In this document: positions 1 through 9,309 of the stretch, piece by piece
Layout: each line of letters begins with the position of its first letter
How positions within the stretch are numbered: position 1 is the stretch's first letter
From: an uncultured delta proteobacterium
Lineage (GTDB): Bacteria; Myxococcota; UBA727; VGSZ01
DNA length: 64,000 nt
Assembly: GCA_963775425.1 (NCBI GenBank)
Contig: CAVZJB010000017.1
Span: forward strand, 160,001-224,000
Direction of reading: 5' to 3'
Made by a program: the position numbers and the translations under genes
Notes under the pieces: model-generated
Told to the model about the DNA's origin: nothing
What the model saw: only the letters and a program-made list of their open reading frames with translations
The model's database searches: none

Positions 1-1290
1 CGGCAGCTTCTCGATGTTTCCGCCGGACAGGAGCTCCTCGAAGCGCGCGCATACGTGGTCGAACTTGGCGGGGTCGGCGGTGGAGACGCCGCGGATCTCG
101 ACGCCGACGCGGTTGTCGTCGCCGTAGATGCCGGTGCGCATCCCTACGAAGTGGAACTTGTGCGGCAGGATCTCGTCGCCGTCGATCTTGCCTCCGCCGT
201 CCTTGTCCACGAACGACGACGCCACGGCCCCCGCCGACTCCGCCTGCCACGGCTCCAGGAACGCGAGCGTGTAGTTTTGGTGCGAGACCGCCGCCGCGTC
301 GGCGAACAGCGACAGGTCCTGCAGCGCCGCGAACGCCGCGAGCTTGGGCCCGAGCCGCGCCTTGTCCTCGGGCGTGCTCAGCTCGGCGACGCCGTGCATG
401 TGGAAGCCCTGTTGCCCGAAGTGCGACGTGATCCACGTCCGATCGGCGACGCGCTGGTCCTGGCTGGCGTAGCTGCCGTCCGTGATGAGCTCGCCAATCT
501 GCAGGCGCAGCTCGCGCTCCCACTTGAGCGTCTTCTGCAAGCTCCCGGGCGCCACCTGCCCGTCCGGCGTGACGCGCGGATCGGTGATGCGATGCATCGT
601 CATCTTGGGGTCGACGTTCTCCCCGTAGGCGACGAGGTATTGCTTCTGCAGCGCCAGCGGCAGGTCCTTCCAGCGGAGCCCCTTCAAGAACGCGTCGTCG
701 GGGAAGCGCTGCGCGAGCGGCGTGCGCGGCGCCGCGAGGAGCTTCTTGCGCAGCTCCGGCGTCAGCGCGCGCTCGTCGAGCTTTCCGCTCGGGTCGGGCG
801 CGTAGAACCGAAAGAGCGTCGCCAACGAGTGCGACTCGCTCTCGATCGCGGTGGTGATGGGCTTGTCGGTGCCGGCGACGGTGCGCGGCAGGTGGAACTT
901 GCGCAGCTCGTCGAGCGCTCCCGGGAAAAGCACGGGCGCGAGCGTGTCGAGGACGGCGGTCTTTTCGGTGGGCGGCAGCTCGATGAAGTCGGGCTCGAGG
1001 TAGCGCGCGAAGGCCGCGGCCACGTCGTCACCCGCGCCCGCGAGCTTCTCGAGGTCCCAGGGCGGCGACCGCTGCGACAGCCCCGCGTGGGGCGAGGGAC
1101 CGTCGGCCCCGGGGAAGCGGCGCAGCAGCTCGGGCATCGCGACGCCGTGGCTGCCGTCGAAGGCGTCGCCGGCGAGCGCGGGGCTCTTGTTGGCGTGCGT
1201 GTCGTCGGTCCCGCGTTGCTTGACGGGGCCGACGTCGAGCGCGCCGCGCGCACGCCTGAGACCGCCGAGCTGCACCCCGAAGAGCTTCAC
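1..1290 (-). CDS. Hypothetical protein with amidoligase (COOH-NH2 ligase)-like motifs; 3' end lies outside the window
   Basis: Absent from the ORF track because it has no stop in the window. Manual reverse-strand translation from GTG 1290 is open to base 1 with GC3-rich codons. Motifs: TAIESESH, GELITDG, GFHMHG, HKFHFVGMRTG..VGVEIRG. Confidence 0.65.
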   Translation of the reverse strand, partial: MKLFGVQLGGLRRARGALDVGPVKQRGTDDTHANKSPALAGDAFDGSHGVAMPELLRRFPGADGPSPHAGLSQRSPPWDLEKLAGAGDDVAAAFARYLEPDFIELPPTEKTAVLDTLAPVLFPGALDELRKFHLPRTVAGTDKPITTAIESESHSLATLFRFYAPDPSGKLDERALTPELRKKLLAAPRTPLAQRFPDDAFLKGLRWKDLPLALQKQYLVAYGENVDPKMTMHRITDPRVTPDGQVAPGSLQKTLKWERELRLQIGELITDGSYASQDQRVADRTWITSHFGQQGFHMHGVAELSTPEDKARLGPKLAAFAALQDLSLFADAAAVSHQNYTLAFLEPWQAESAGAVASSFVDKDGGGKIDGDEILPHKFHFVGMRTGIYGDDNRVGVEIRGVSTADPAKFDHVCARFEELLSGGNIEKLP

Positions 1291-1404
1291 CCGGCGAGCG
1301 TAGCACCGGCGGGCGCCGTCCCCGTGGACCCAAGAAGGGGTGTGTGCGCCGTCACGCAGCGAACCGACGTGGGGCGCGGCCGGCGGAGCCGCTAGGATCC
1401 CCGG

Positions 1405-2136
1405 GTGACGACGGCGCCTCTCGAAGTCCCGGACCGCACGGCGGCGTTCCGCGCGCAGTGGCGCAGTCAGAACGTCGGCCCGCGCTACCAGGGGTGGCTG
1501 CACTTCGCCTTCACCACCTCGGGGGCGCTCGCGGCCGTCGTCTTCGCGGCGTCCCGTCTCCACGACGTGCGCGGGTGGGAGTGGCTGGTGCTGCCGGCCG
1601 GCTTCCTCGTCGCCAACGTCGCCGAGTACCTCGGGCACCGGGGACCGATGCACCACCCGACGGCCGGGCTGCGCCTGCTCCACAGGCGCCACAGCCTCGA
1701 GCACCACCGCTACTACACGCATGAGCGTATGGCCGCCGAGTCCCACGTCGACTTCAAGATGGTGCTGTTCCCGCCGGTCATGCTCGTGTTCTTCCTCGGC
1801 GCGTTGGCGACACCCATCGGCGCGGCCGCGTACTTCCTCGTGTCACCGAACGCGGGGTGGCTCTTCGGCTGCGTCGGCGTCGGCTACTTCCTCACCTATG
1901 AGTGGCTGCATTGGAGCTACCACCAGCCCGCGGACAGCGTCATCGGGCGCCTCGGATTGGTGCGCGTCCTCCGTCGTCACCACACCCTGCACCACGACCC
2001 GGCGCACATGCAGCGCGCCAACTTCAACATCACCTTCCCCGTCGCCGACGCGCTGTTCGGCACACGCGAGTCGTTCCACGCAGGCACGGCACACGAGTTG
2101 CGCGACGAGACGGACGTCATGGAGACGCCGCGGTGA
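1405..2136 (+). CDS. Fatty acid hydroxylase / sterol desaturase family membrane di-iron enzyme
   Basis: His boxes EYLGHRGPMH, HSLEHHRY, YEWLHWSYH, HHTLHH, followed by NFNIT; several TM segments. Confidence 0.9.
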   Translation: MTTAPLEVPDRTAAFRAQWRSQNVGPRYQGWLHFAFTTSGALAAVVFAASRLHDVRGWEWLVLPAGFLVANVAEYLGHRGPMHHPTAGLRLLHRRHSLEHHRYYTHERMAAESHVDFKMVLFPPVMLVFFLGALATPIGAAAYFLVSPNAGWLFGCVGVGYFLTYEWLHWSYHQPADSVIGRLGLVRVLRRHHTLHHDPAHMQRANFNITFPVADALFGTRESFHAGTAHELRDETDVMETPR

Positions 2137-2798
2137 GCAGCTTCGTATGGATGAAGGTGTTGGAGTCGACGCCCGAGCGGTACGACCGCGGCATCCGGAT
2201 GCTCTCGCGCGGCCGGATCGACGACGTCTATCGCCGGATCGCCGCCGCCGCCGCCGGCCCCGGCCGCCGCGTGCTCGACATGGGGTGCGGGACCGGCGGC
2301 GTCGCCCTCGCCTGCGCCGCCCGGGGCGCGCACGTCACGGCCGTCGACCTCGACGCGGGCATGCTCGAGGTGGCGCGCACGAAGCCGGTGCCCACCGCCG
2401 GGCGCATCGACTGGTTGGAGATCGGAATCGCCGAGGTGCCCGATCGCATCGCGCGCGCGAGCATGGATGCGGTGGTCTCCTGCCTCGTCATGAGCGAGCT
2501 CGGCGCCGAGGAGCAGGACTACGCGCTCGACGTCGCCTTCGACGCCCTCGTGCCCGGTGGCGTGCTCGTCATCGGCGACGAGACGTTGCCGGAGGACGCG
2601 CTGGCCCGGGCCTGGTGTCGCGTGCGCCGCTCGGCGCTGACGGCGGCGACGTACGCGCTGACGCAGACGACCACGCGCCCCGTCGCGCACCTCGGCGAGC
2701 GCGTGCGCGCCCACGGCTTCTGCGACGTCGAAGAGACGCTGATGTGGTCGGACACGTTCACGATCGTCCGCGCTCGCCGCGGGGAGCGCGCCGCGTGA
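2133..2798 (+). CDS. Class I SAM-dependent methyltransferase (UbiE-like; corrinoid-protein-associated type)
   Basis: VLDMGCGTG motif I, AVDLDAGML, LVPGGVLVIGD; GTG start overlaps the upstream TGA (GTGA). Confidence 0.88.
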   Translation: MSSFVWMKVLESTPERYDRGIRMLSRGRIDDVYRRIAAAAAGPGRRVLDMGCGTGGVALACAARGAHVTAVDLDAGMLEVARTKPVPTAGRIDWLEIGIAEVPDRIARASMDAVVSCLVMSELGAEEQDYALDVAFDALVPGGVLVIGDETLPEDALARAWCRVRRSALTAATYALTQTTTRPVAHLGERVRAHGFCDVEETLMWSDTFTIVRARRGERAA

Positions 2799-3910
2799 GG
2801 CTCCGTGACGTTCCCGGCTACGTCCGCGACACCGCGCTGCGCATGCTGCCCCACCGCGCGCGCCCCGGCCTCGTCCCCGTCGGGCATCCCGGGAGCGACT
2901 CGCCCGTGCTCCTCACGGGCAACTTCACGCTCACCGTCCGGCGGATGAAGGAGGCGCTCGCAGGGCAGGACGTCTGGCTCCTCGTCGCCAACAGCAAGGG
3001 CATCAACGTCTGGTGCGCAGCGGGGGGCGGCCACCTGACCCACCACGACGTCGTCTCCGCGCTGCGGGTGTTCCACGTGGCGGATCGCGTTCGGCACCGC
3101 GAGCTGATCCTGCCGCAGCTCTGCGCCACCGGCGTCGAGCGAAAGAAGATCCGCGAGGCCGGCTGGCAGCCTCGTTGGGGGCCCGCGCGCCTCGAGGATC
3201 TCCCCGCGTTCCTCGCGCGCGGACGCCGCGTTCACGGCGACGAGCGCTTCATGCGCTTTCCGCCGTGGGAGCGAACCGAGATGGCGGCGATGTGGTCCGT
3301 GCCGATGCTCGCCGTCGCCTCGCCGCTCTTGGTCTGGCTCGCGGGCGCCGCCACCGGCTTGTGCGCCGCCGGCAGCGTGGCCGCGGGGACCTTGGGCTTG
3401 TTCCTGCTGCTCCCGTGGCTTCGCGTCACCGGGCGCGCCCGGCACCTGACGTTCGCGGCGTTCGCGCTCCTGGCGGCGGCGGGCGGCGGGGCGTGCCTGT
3501 GGGCCGCGGGCGCGGCGACGGCGGGACACCTGGCGGTGGTCGCAGGCACCGCCGCCTGTGGGATGGCGGTGGTGTCGGTGGACCTGGCGGGCACCACGCC
3601 CTGGTACGGGAGCACCCTCAACACCTTCCACAACAACGCCCACATCGAGCTCGTCGAGGAGCGCTGCACCGGCAAGTCGGACTGCGTCCAGGTCTGTCCG
3701 CGCGACGTCCTGCATATGAACGGCCCGAAGCGCAAGGTGGACATCGTCCGGCCGGAGCAATGCATTCAATGCGGCGCGTGCGTCGTGCAGTGCCCGGAAG
3801 ACGCCCTGCGCTTCCGATACGACGACGGGCGCGTGGCGGAGGCCGGCACGCTGCGCACGACGCGGATGAACATGCTCGGGCGTCGCACCCTCCCCGTCGT
3901 GGACGGCTGA
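2795..3910 (+). CDS. Fused HgcAB-like protein: CdhD/HgcA corrinoid-binding domain + TM helices + 2x[4Fe-4S]-type ferredoxin
   Basis: SPVLLTGNFTLT, SKGINVWCAAGGG (HgcA cap helix), LILPQL, WGP; hydrophobic middle; CTGKSDCVQVCP and CIQCGACVVQCP; GTGA overlap with the methyltransferase. Confidence 0.88.
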   Translation: MRLRDVPGYVRDTALRMLPHRARPGLVPVGHPGSDSPVLLTGNFTLTVRRMKEALAGQDVWLLVANSKGINVWCAAGGGHLTHHDVVSALRVFHVADRVRHRELILPQLCATGVERKKIREAGWQPRWGPARLEDLPAFLARGRRVHGDERFMRFPPWERTEMAAMWSVPMLAVASPLLVWLAGAATGLCAAGSVAAGTLGLFLLLPWLRVTGRARHLTFAAFALLAAAGGGACLWAAGAATAGHLAVVAGTAACGMAVVSVDLAGTTPWYGSTLNTFHNNAHIELVEERCTGKSDCVQVCPRDVLHMNGPKRKVDIVRPEQCIQCGACVVQCPEDALRFRYDDGRVAEAGTLRTTRMNMLGRRTLPVVDG

Positions 3911-3949
3911 GGCGGGCGCGCGCCGCCGACGAGCGCGCGACGAAGGCGA

Positions 3950-6900
3950 TCAGATGCCCGAGGGCAGCGGGACGCCGGCGCGCTGCGCGACGACGGCGGC
4001 GACCTGGCGCGGCTGTTGGTTCCAGAACGTGGCGAGGCCCGTGTTGGTGCCCTGCGACTGAAGCGCCTTGCCGATCTCCTGACGCACGAACGCGTCGATG
4101 GCGGGCGTCCATTGGGGGCCCCAGCGCGACGCCAGCGAATTGACGAAGCGGTTTTCGTCGACGGGCAGCCGCGGCAGTGAAGCGCCCCGGCCCTGCGCCC
4201 GCACCTGCTGCAGCGCGTAGTCGTGGCCGTATTGCGCAGACCAGTTGGCGTAGTTCTGCACCACCGCCGGCCCGAGCCCGGCGGCGAGGCACGCCTCGAC
4301 GAATTTCAACAGCTCGTTGGTCTGCGGCAACGCCTGGGCGTAGGTGGCGAGGCTCTGGCGGATGTGCGCCTCCACCGCGGCGGCGTCGTAGCTGAGGTCG
4401 GGGATCCTGGTGCCGATGAGGTAGATGCCCCGCTGCCGCAGCGCCTCGGCCAGCGACATCTGCCCGGCCGACTGCAGCGCGTACTGCAGGTTCTGGACGG
4501 GCACGCCGCCGTCGACGGCGACGCGCACGAGCTGCTTGAGGGGATCGTCGAACTTGAAGCCCTGCTGCTGCGCCGTGGGCTCGAGCATGGCGTCGACCGC
4601 CGCCCAGTCGCGCGCGAGCCTGGGCCCCGGCACCTTGAGCCTCTTGGCCTCCTGCTCGACGACGAGCTCCGCGTTCTGCCGCAGCGTGGACACGAAGGAG
4701 ATGGCCTCCTGCGGGCCGCGGGTGTCCGCGACGACGCCGAGGAACTTCTTCAACGCGTCGTCGACCTCGAAGTACTGGGTGCGCAACAGCGGCTGCGCCT
4801 GAAGCGCCAGGCGCTCCGCGGACGCGCGGAGCTTGGGGACGTCGCCGGCGACGCCGCGCTGCTGGCCCACCTGATCGAGGCGCACCTGCGGGTTGGACGC
4901 GAGGTTCGCCACGAGCTGACGCACCTCGTACGCGGTCATGCCCGCGCCGGCGGCCTTCTCGATGAAGCGCGCGATGTCCGCGGCGAAGCGCGGCTCGACG
5001 GCCGCCGTCTCGAGGTTGCGCTCGATGACCGCCCTGCCCCACGTGGAGCCGTCGAGGAGCCGCTTGACGTCGACGGACGGCACCGGCGCCGGCGACACGC
5101 CGAGCGACTGCGCGATGACCTGGAGCGCCTGCGCGTCCTGCGTGTTCTGCATCTGCGTCAACGCGCTCTCGAGCTGCGCCGGCGGGAGGTTCTGCGTGGT
5201 GGCGTTGTCGAGCATGCCGAGCGCGGCGGCGTCGGCGGACAGGCCGAGCTCCTCGAGGCGCCCCTGCACGCGCCCCTTGAGCTTGCCCGTGTCGTACTCG
5301 AGCGCGACCGGGAAGCCCGCGAGCTGTTGCAGCCACATCGGGACGTTCTTGGCCGCGCCGTTGGCGATGCCCTGCGCGAGCAGCTTGCGCTTGGCGGGAT
5401 CGTTTTTGAGCGCGTGCTCGATGCACTGCTGCACCGGCTGCGCCCACGTGAAGCCGGCGCCCTCGACGGCGTCCTTGGCGGCCTCGCGCAGGGCGTCATC
5501 GCTGAACGACACCAGGCCGAGGAGCTCCGCGGCGTGCGCCGCCTTCTGCCGCCCCGTGGCCAGGCCGTTCGGAAAGAGCGCGCCGAGCATGCGATCGGAG
5601 ATGCCCTCGAACGCGCGGTACGAGGCGGTCTCGCGAAACGCCTTGTTCTCGAGGTCCTTCACCTCGTGGAGGCGCGGCTCGATGTCCATGGTGACGTTCT
5701 GCGACGTGGCCTTCAGCCACGAGTCCTGCTCCTGCTCCGTGGAGAAATGTGCGGTGCCGACGCTGCTGGCGGCGACGTAGTTGGCCTGGTTGGCGCTCTG
5801 AAGCTGCAGGTGATCGAGCTCGGCCTCGAGCACGCAGAACTCCACCTCGCGCGGCTGCCCGTCTCGGCCCGCTTGGTTCGGGCGCGTGGTCTTTGCCTTC
5901 ACGAAGTCGAGCGACAGCTCGATCTCGACGCCCTTGTCGTTCTTGACGGTGAACTTGTGCCGCTCCTGCACGACGTCGAGCCACGGCACCAGGCACTGGG
6001 CGAGGTTGAGCGTGGCGTCGAGCTTGTTCACCTCGCGCTGCGCCTGGTTGAAGATGGTGCCCGACCACTGCGCGTTGCCGGCGATCATCTGAAGCACCTG
6101 CGCGCAGTCGGCGGTGTTGGCCTTCGCGAGCAACATCAGCGCGTACTCGATGCGCTGCGTGATCTTGGTCTTGTCGTCGCGGCGGCCGCCGCCGGGCTTG
6201 ACGTTGACCTCGGTGGCCTGCTTGTTCTTGCGCAGGCGGATGGCGCCCTCGTGCGCGGTCATGTCGAGGTTGGCGTTGTCCATGTACGTGTCGTGCATGG
6301 GGTCTTGCAGCGGCCAGCCCCGATCGTCGACGCGATACCCCTTGGTGAGCCCGCTGCCGGGCTTGCCCGGCTGGTTGGCGGCGCCGTCGTCCTTGAGCCA
6401 GTAGCGGCTGACAGGCTCGATGCCCCAACCCTTGCCCAGGATCTTCTCGACCTCGGCGGTCTTTCCCTCGTGGGCGAGCGCCGACAGCCGATAAGCCTCT
6501 TTGACGCCGGCGACCATGTCGTCCTTGGAGGTGCAGCCCTTCAGCTCGCTCTCGAGGCGCGAGAGGATGGCGCCGTCGGGCTTGAGCTGCGGGACGGCCT
6601 GCACGAGCTGCTGCGGATAGCCGACCTGCATGTCGAGGGGGACGTCGAGCTTGTCCGTGGCGCCCGACGCGTTGGCCGCCCTGACGTTCAGCGCGCTCTG
6701 CGCCGTCGACGCGGGCGGCAAGCGGAAGACGCCGCCGCGGCCGAAGCCGCCCGCCTGGTGCCCCACCGACCAGCGCGCCGCCACCGCGAGCGTGGTGGAG
6801 CCCGGCGTCACGTGCAGCGCGCCGTTTCTCTGTTGGAGCCACTTGTTGACGTCGTCGTAGCTGATGTCGAAGTACGTGTTCCCGCGAAAGCTCTGGCCGT

Positions 6901-7369
6901 TGAGGTTCTCGCCGTTGGCGAGCACCGAGAGCGTCACCGTGCGCAACTGGTTGGTCTTTTCGTCGAGGACCTCGGCGAGCAGGTAGAGCGTGATGCTGTC
7001 GTTGTGGTTGCCGTGGAAGCTCTCGACGTGGAGGCGGCAACCGCCGGGGATGGGCGAAGCGTCGCAGCGAACGAAGCCGCGCGACACGGGGCCCTCGCCG
7101 GTGCCGTTGTAGGCGTCGAACGAGGTGTCGCGCGAGAAGCGGTTGGTGGTGGCGCTGGCGTCGTTGCGCGCGCTACCGAGGCCGCCGATGGTGACGCGGC
7201 GGGCGTTGACGACGTTGCCGCCGCCGGCGGGGACGGTGCCGCCGGCGTTTACGTCGACGCCGTTTCCGCCCGTGGCCTGCGCGTTGACGCTGCCGGCGTT
7301 GACGACGTTGCCGGCGTTACCGGCGTTGGGGGTCTGCGGGGTGGGGTTCGATCCGCCGATGACGGGCAT
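3950..7369 (-). CDS. Large (1139 aa) protein with a central CYTH/triphosphate-tunnel domain, low-complexity N-terminus and helical C-terminal half
   Basis: LESELK (ExExK), DTYMD, AIRLRK, VNVK, RIEY, ERHKF, IELSLDFV, LEAELD appear in CYTH order; ATG 7369 chosen as start. Confidence 0.72.
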   Translation of the reverse strand: MPVIGGSNPTPQTPNAGNAGNVVNAGSVNAQATGGNGVDVNAGGTVPAGGGNVVNARRVTIGGLGSARNDASATTNRFSRDTSFDAYNGTGEGPVSRGFVRCDASPIPGGCRLHVESFHGNHNDSITLYLLAEVLDEKTNQLRTVTLSVLANGENLNGQSFRGNTYFDISYDDVNKWLQQRNGALHVTPGSTTLAVAARWSVGHQAGGFGRGGVFRLPPASTAQSALNVRAANASGATDKLDVPLDMQVGYPQQLVQAVPQLKPDGAILSRLESELKGCTSKDDMVAGVKEAYRLSALAHEGKTAEVEKILGKGWGIEPVSRYWLKDDGAANQPGKPGSGLTKGYRVDDRGWPLQDPMHDTYMDNANLDMTAHEGAIRLRKNKQATEVNVKPGGGRRDDKTKITQRIEYALMLLAKANTADCAQVLQMIAGNAQWSGTIFNQAQREVNKLDATLNLAQCLVPWLDVVQERHKFTVKNDKGVEIELSLDFVKAKTTRPNQAGRDGQPREVEFCVLEAELDHLQLQSANQANYVAASSVGTAHFSTEQEQDSWLKATSQNVTMDIEPRLHEVKDLENKAFRETASYRAFEGISDRMLGALFPNGLATGRQKAAHAAELLGLVSFSDDALREAAKDAVEGAGFTWAQPVQQCIEHALKNDPAKRKLLAQGIANGAAKNVPMWLQQLAGFPVALEYDTGKLKGRVQGRLEELGLSADAAALGMLDNATTQNLPPAQLESALTQMQNTQDAQALQVIAQSLGVSPAPVPSVDVKRLLDGSTWGRAVIERNLETAAVEPRFAADIARFIEKAAGAGMTAYEVRQLVANLASNPQVRLDQVGQQRGVAGDVPKLRASAERLALQAQPLLRTQYFEVDDALKKFLGVVADTRGPQEAISFVSTLRQNAELVVEQEAKRLKVPGPRLARDWAAVDAMLEPTAQQQGFKFDDPLKQLVRVAVDGGVPVQNLQYALQSAGQMSLAEALRQRGIYLIGTRIPDLSYDAAAVEAHIRQSLATYAQALPQTNELLKFVEACLAAGLGPAVVQNYANWSAQYGHDYALQQVRAQGRGASLPRLPVDENRFVNSLASRWGPQWTPAIDAFVRQEIGKALQSQGTNTGLATFWNQQPRQVAAVVAQRAGVPLPSGI

Positions 7370-7856
7370 GGAGACTCCAGGGTCCACCTGTCTATCGCGT
7401 CCGGCCCGCGCCCGCGACGGCCGCTCGCCTGACCCCGCGCGTCGTGAGTCCGGCGCGTCGGCGCGGGCGCCGGCAGCGAGGGATTGGTCGCCGCGAGAGG
7501 CTCTCGCCGCGAAACGTTCTCGCCGCGAAAGACGCGTCTGCGGCCGGCGACTGCGCGCGACGACGCCTCTCACCAGGCTGCCTCCTTCTTCGCTGCGATC
7601 CTCCTCGAGGCGCCACGCGCCTTGACGACGCGCACGTGCACGCCGTCGCACACGCGCGAAAAGCGCACCCGCTCGTGTGAGATCTCGCTCCCCGCGAGCC
7701 GGACGCGAGCCGGCTTCGCCCCTCGACGTCGACCGCACGCACGACGCATCGGTGGCCGCCGCGCTGCGCATCATCACCCGACGGATCGTCGACGGAGGCA
7801 AGGTGGGGCGCATGACGACGCCTGCGTGCGTGTGAGAGCGCCCGGTGCACGGCGCG

Positions 7857-7872
7857 GGGCACGCAGCTTGCT
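7857..7872 (+). promoter_or_regulatory. Candidate sigma54 (-24/-12) promoter
   Basis: GGGCAC-GCAGC-TTGCT, about 25 nt upstream of ATG 7897; a GGAGG RBS follows. Confidence 0.55.
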
Positions 7873-7896
7873 CATCTCGGGCGCGGAGGTGAGGCG

Positions 7897-8706
7897 ATGG
7901 ACGGTCTCGTGATTCCCCTCAGCGAAGAAATCTCATCTCGACCGTCGGCGCACGCGCGTTTCCGGGACAGCTACTTTGGTCGTGCCTTCCTTCACCCGCT
8001 CCACGGTGTCGCCCTCGTTGCGATCTGCGCGCTGTCGTCGGGCCTCGGCCTCGGCGTCGCCCTCGTCCTCGTGGAGAGCTTGATGCTCGGACTCCTGCCA
8101 CGGTCGTCGTGGTTCCAGCGTCGCGTCAATGAACAGCGCCGCGCCCTCGAAGACCGCAAGCAGAGCGACACCCGGATGCTTCTGTTGAACCGCATGCGCG
8201 ACGACGACCGCATCGAGTTCATGCGCCTCGATCAGCTCGTCACCGCGATCAAGGCACGCATCGGCCGAAGCGGCATCAGCAAGCGCGTCCTCGACGACTA
8301 CATGCGGCTCGAGCGCCTCTTGATGGTCTACGCACAGCTCGCCGCGTCCTACGCCGACAGCGATCGTCTCCTCGGCCTCACCGATCGCGCCGACGCCGAC
8401 GACTTCGTCGACGGTGATTCGCCGGCGCAGCCGCAGGTGTTCGACAGCGCGCGCGTGAGGAACCTCGCCGAGCGGCGGCAGGCGGTCGCCCGCCTGCGCG
8501 CGGCGACGGCGGAGGAGAACGCCGAGGCGTTGCACGCGCTGCGCGGCGAGCTCGGGCTCATCGGCGACCTCGTCACGCTCCTGTTCGAGCGCACCGCGAC
8601 GCCCGTGGTGCCGGGGGAGATCGCCGAGGAGATCGACCGCTACGTCAGCGGGCTCGACGAGACGGGCCCGCTCGTGCGGGAGCTCATCACGCTGCGTGCG
8701 GTGTGA
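7897..8706 (+). CDS. Hypothetical membrane-anchored helical/coiled-coil protein
   Basis: GGAGG RBS; two N-terminal TM segments, then charged helical region. Confidence 0.7.
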   Translation: MDGLVIPLSEEISSRPSAHARFRDSYFGRAFLHPLHGVALVAICALSSGLGLGVALVLVESLMLGLLPRSSWFQRRVNEQRRALEDRKQSDTRMLLLNRMRDDDRIEFMRLDQLVTAIKARIGRSGISKRVLDDYMRLERLLMVYAQLAASYADSDRLLGLTDRADADDFVDGDSPAQPQVFDSARVRNLAERRQAVARLRAATAEENAEALHALRGELGLIGDLVTLLFERTATPVVPGEIAEEIDRYVSGLDETGPLVRELITLRAV

Positions 8707-8959
8707 CCTGATCGTGCACGTGGGGCGGCTGGTCCCCGGGCCACGGCTCACGCGGCACCGACGCGGTGGCGCCGTGCTCGCGGGGCTCGGGGTGGCGGTC
8801 GAGGAAGCGGCTCACCACGAACCAGCGCTGGTAGACCCCGATCGCCACCACGGCCGCGCCGCTCGCCGCGAGCGGCAACGACCAGCCCGTGGCACGCAGG
8901 AGAGGCGCAGCGACGACCATCAACCCGCCGGCGACGAAGAGAACCATTCCCCGCACCAT
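8687..8959 (-). CDS. Small hypothetical membrane protein (2 TM)
   Basis: GGAGG 6 nt before ATG 8959; MVLFVAGGLMVVAAPLL...AVVAIGVYQRWF. Confidence 0.5.
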   Translation of the reverse strand: MVRGMVLFVAGGLMVVAAPLLRATGWSLPLAASGAAVVAIGVYQRWFVVSRFLDRHPEPREHGATASVPREPWPGDQPPHVHDQVTPHAA

Positions 8960-9271
8960 AGCCATCCTCCGTGCTCGTCCACGCCGTGGGCTTGCACGTC
9001 CTGGACCGCGCGCGTCCGCTCCGCGGCAGGCTTGATGCAGCGCCGCGTGGTCCGGAAGAAGGGCGCGCGCGCGATTGCGCTGTCGTTGGAGCGCTCGGCG
9101 GAGGTCGAGCCTCTTCGGGCGCGCCGCGCGCCGGATCGGCGCGCTGGACGATGAGGGCCGACAGGTCACCGCCCGCGACATGGGCGTTTCGGCGCATCGC
9201 CCCGGTGCGGGAGCGCCCAGGCCGGCGCGACGCGCGCCCGAGGAGACGCTCCCGACGCCCGGCCGTGCCAT

Positions 9272-9287
9272 TGGCCCGGAAATCGCT
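9272..9287 (+). promoter_or_regulatory. Candidate sigma54 promoter
   Basis: TGGCCC-GGAAA-TCGCT upstream of TTG 9310. Confidence 0.4.
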
Positions 9288-9309
9288 ACTCGCCGGGCGA
9301 GATCACACT

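Noticed and set aside
55-1395. 446-aa plus-strand ORF
   Set aside because: Antisense shadow of the real minus-strand gene at 1-1290; R/V/L-rich with no motifs.
1721-2794. Long N-terminal extensions given by the ORF track (also 7370-7813, 8971-9309, 43012-43479, 51780-52415)
   Set aside because: They overlap neighbouring real genes or promoters; downstream starts with stop/start overlap or an RBS fit better.
2795-3910. Calling this a mercury-methylation hgcA/hgcB locus
   Set aside because: Fused architecture, GGG instead of GKG, and no HgcB C-terminal cysteines; fused homologues are not shown to methylate Hg.
4223-7432. 1069-aa plus-strand ORF
   Set aside because: Antisense shadow of the CYTH-domain gene, typical of high-GC codon bias.
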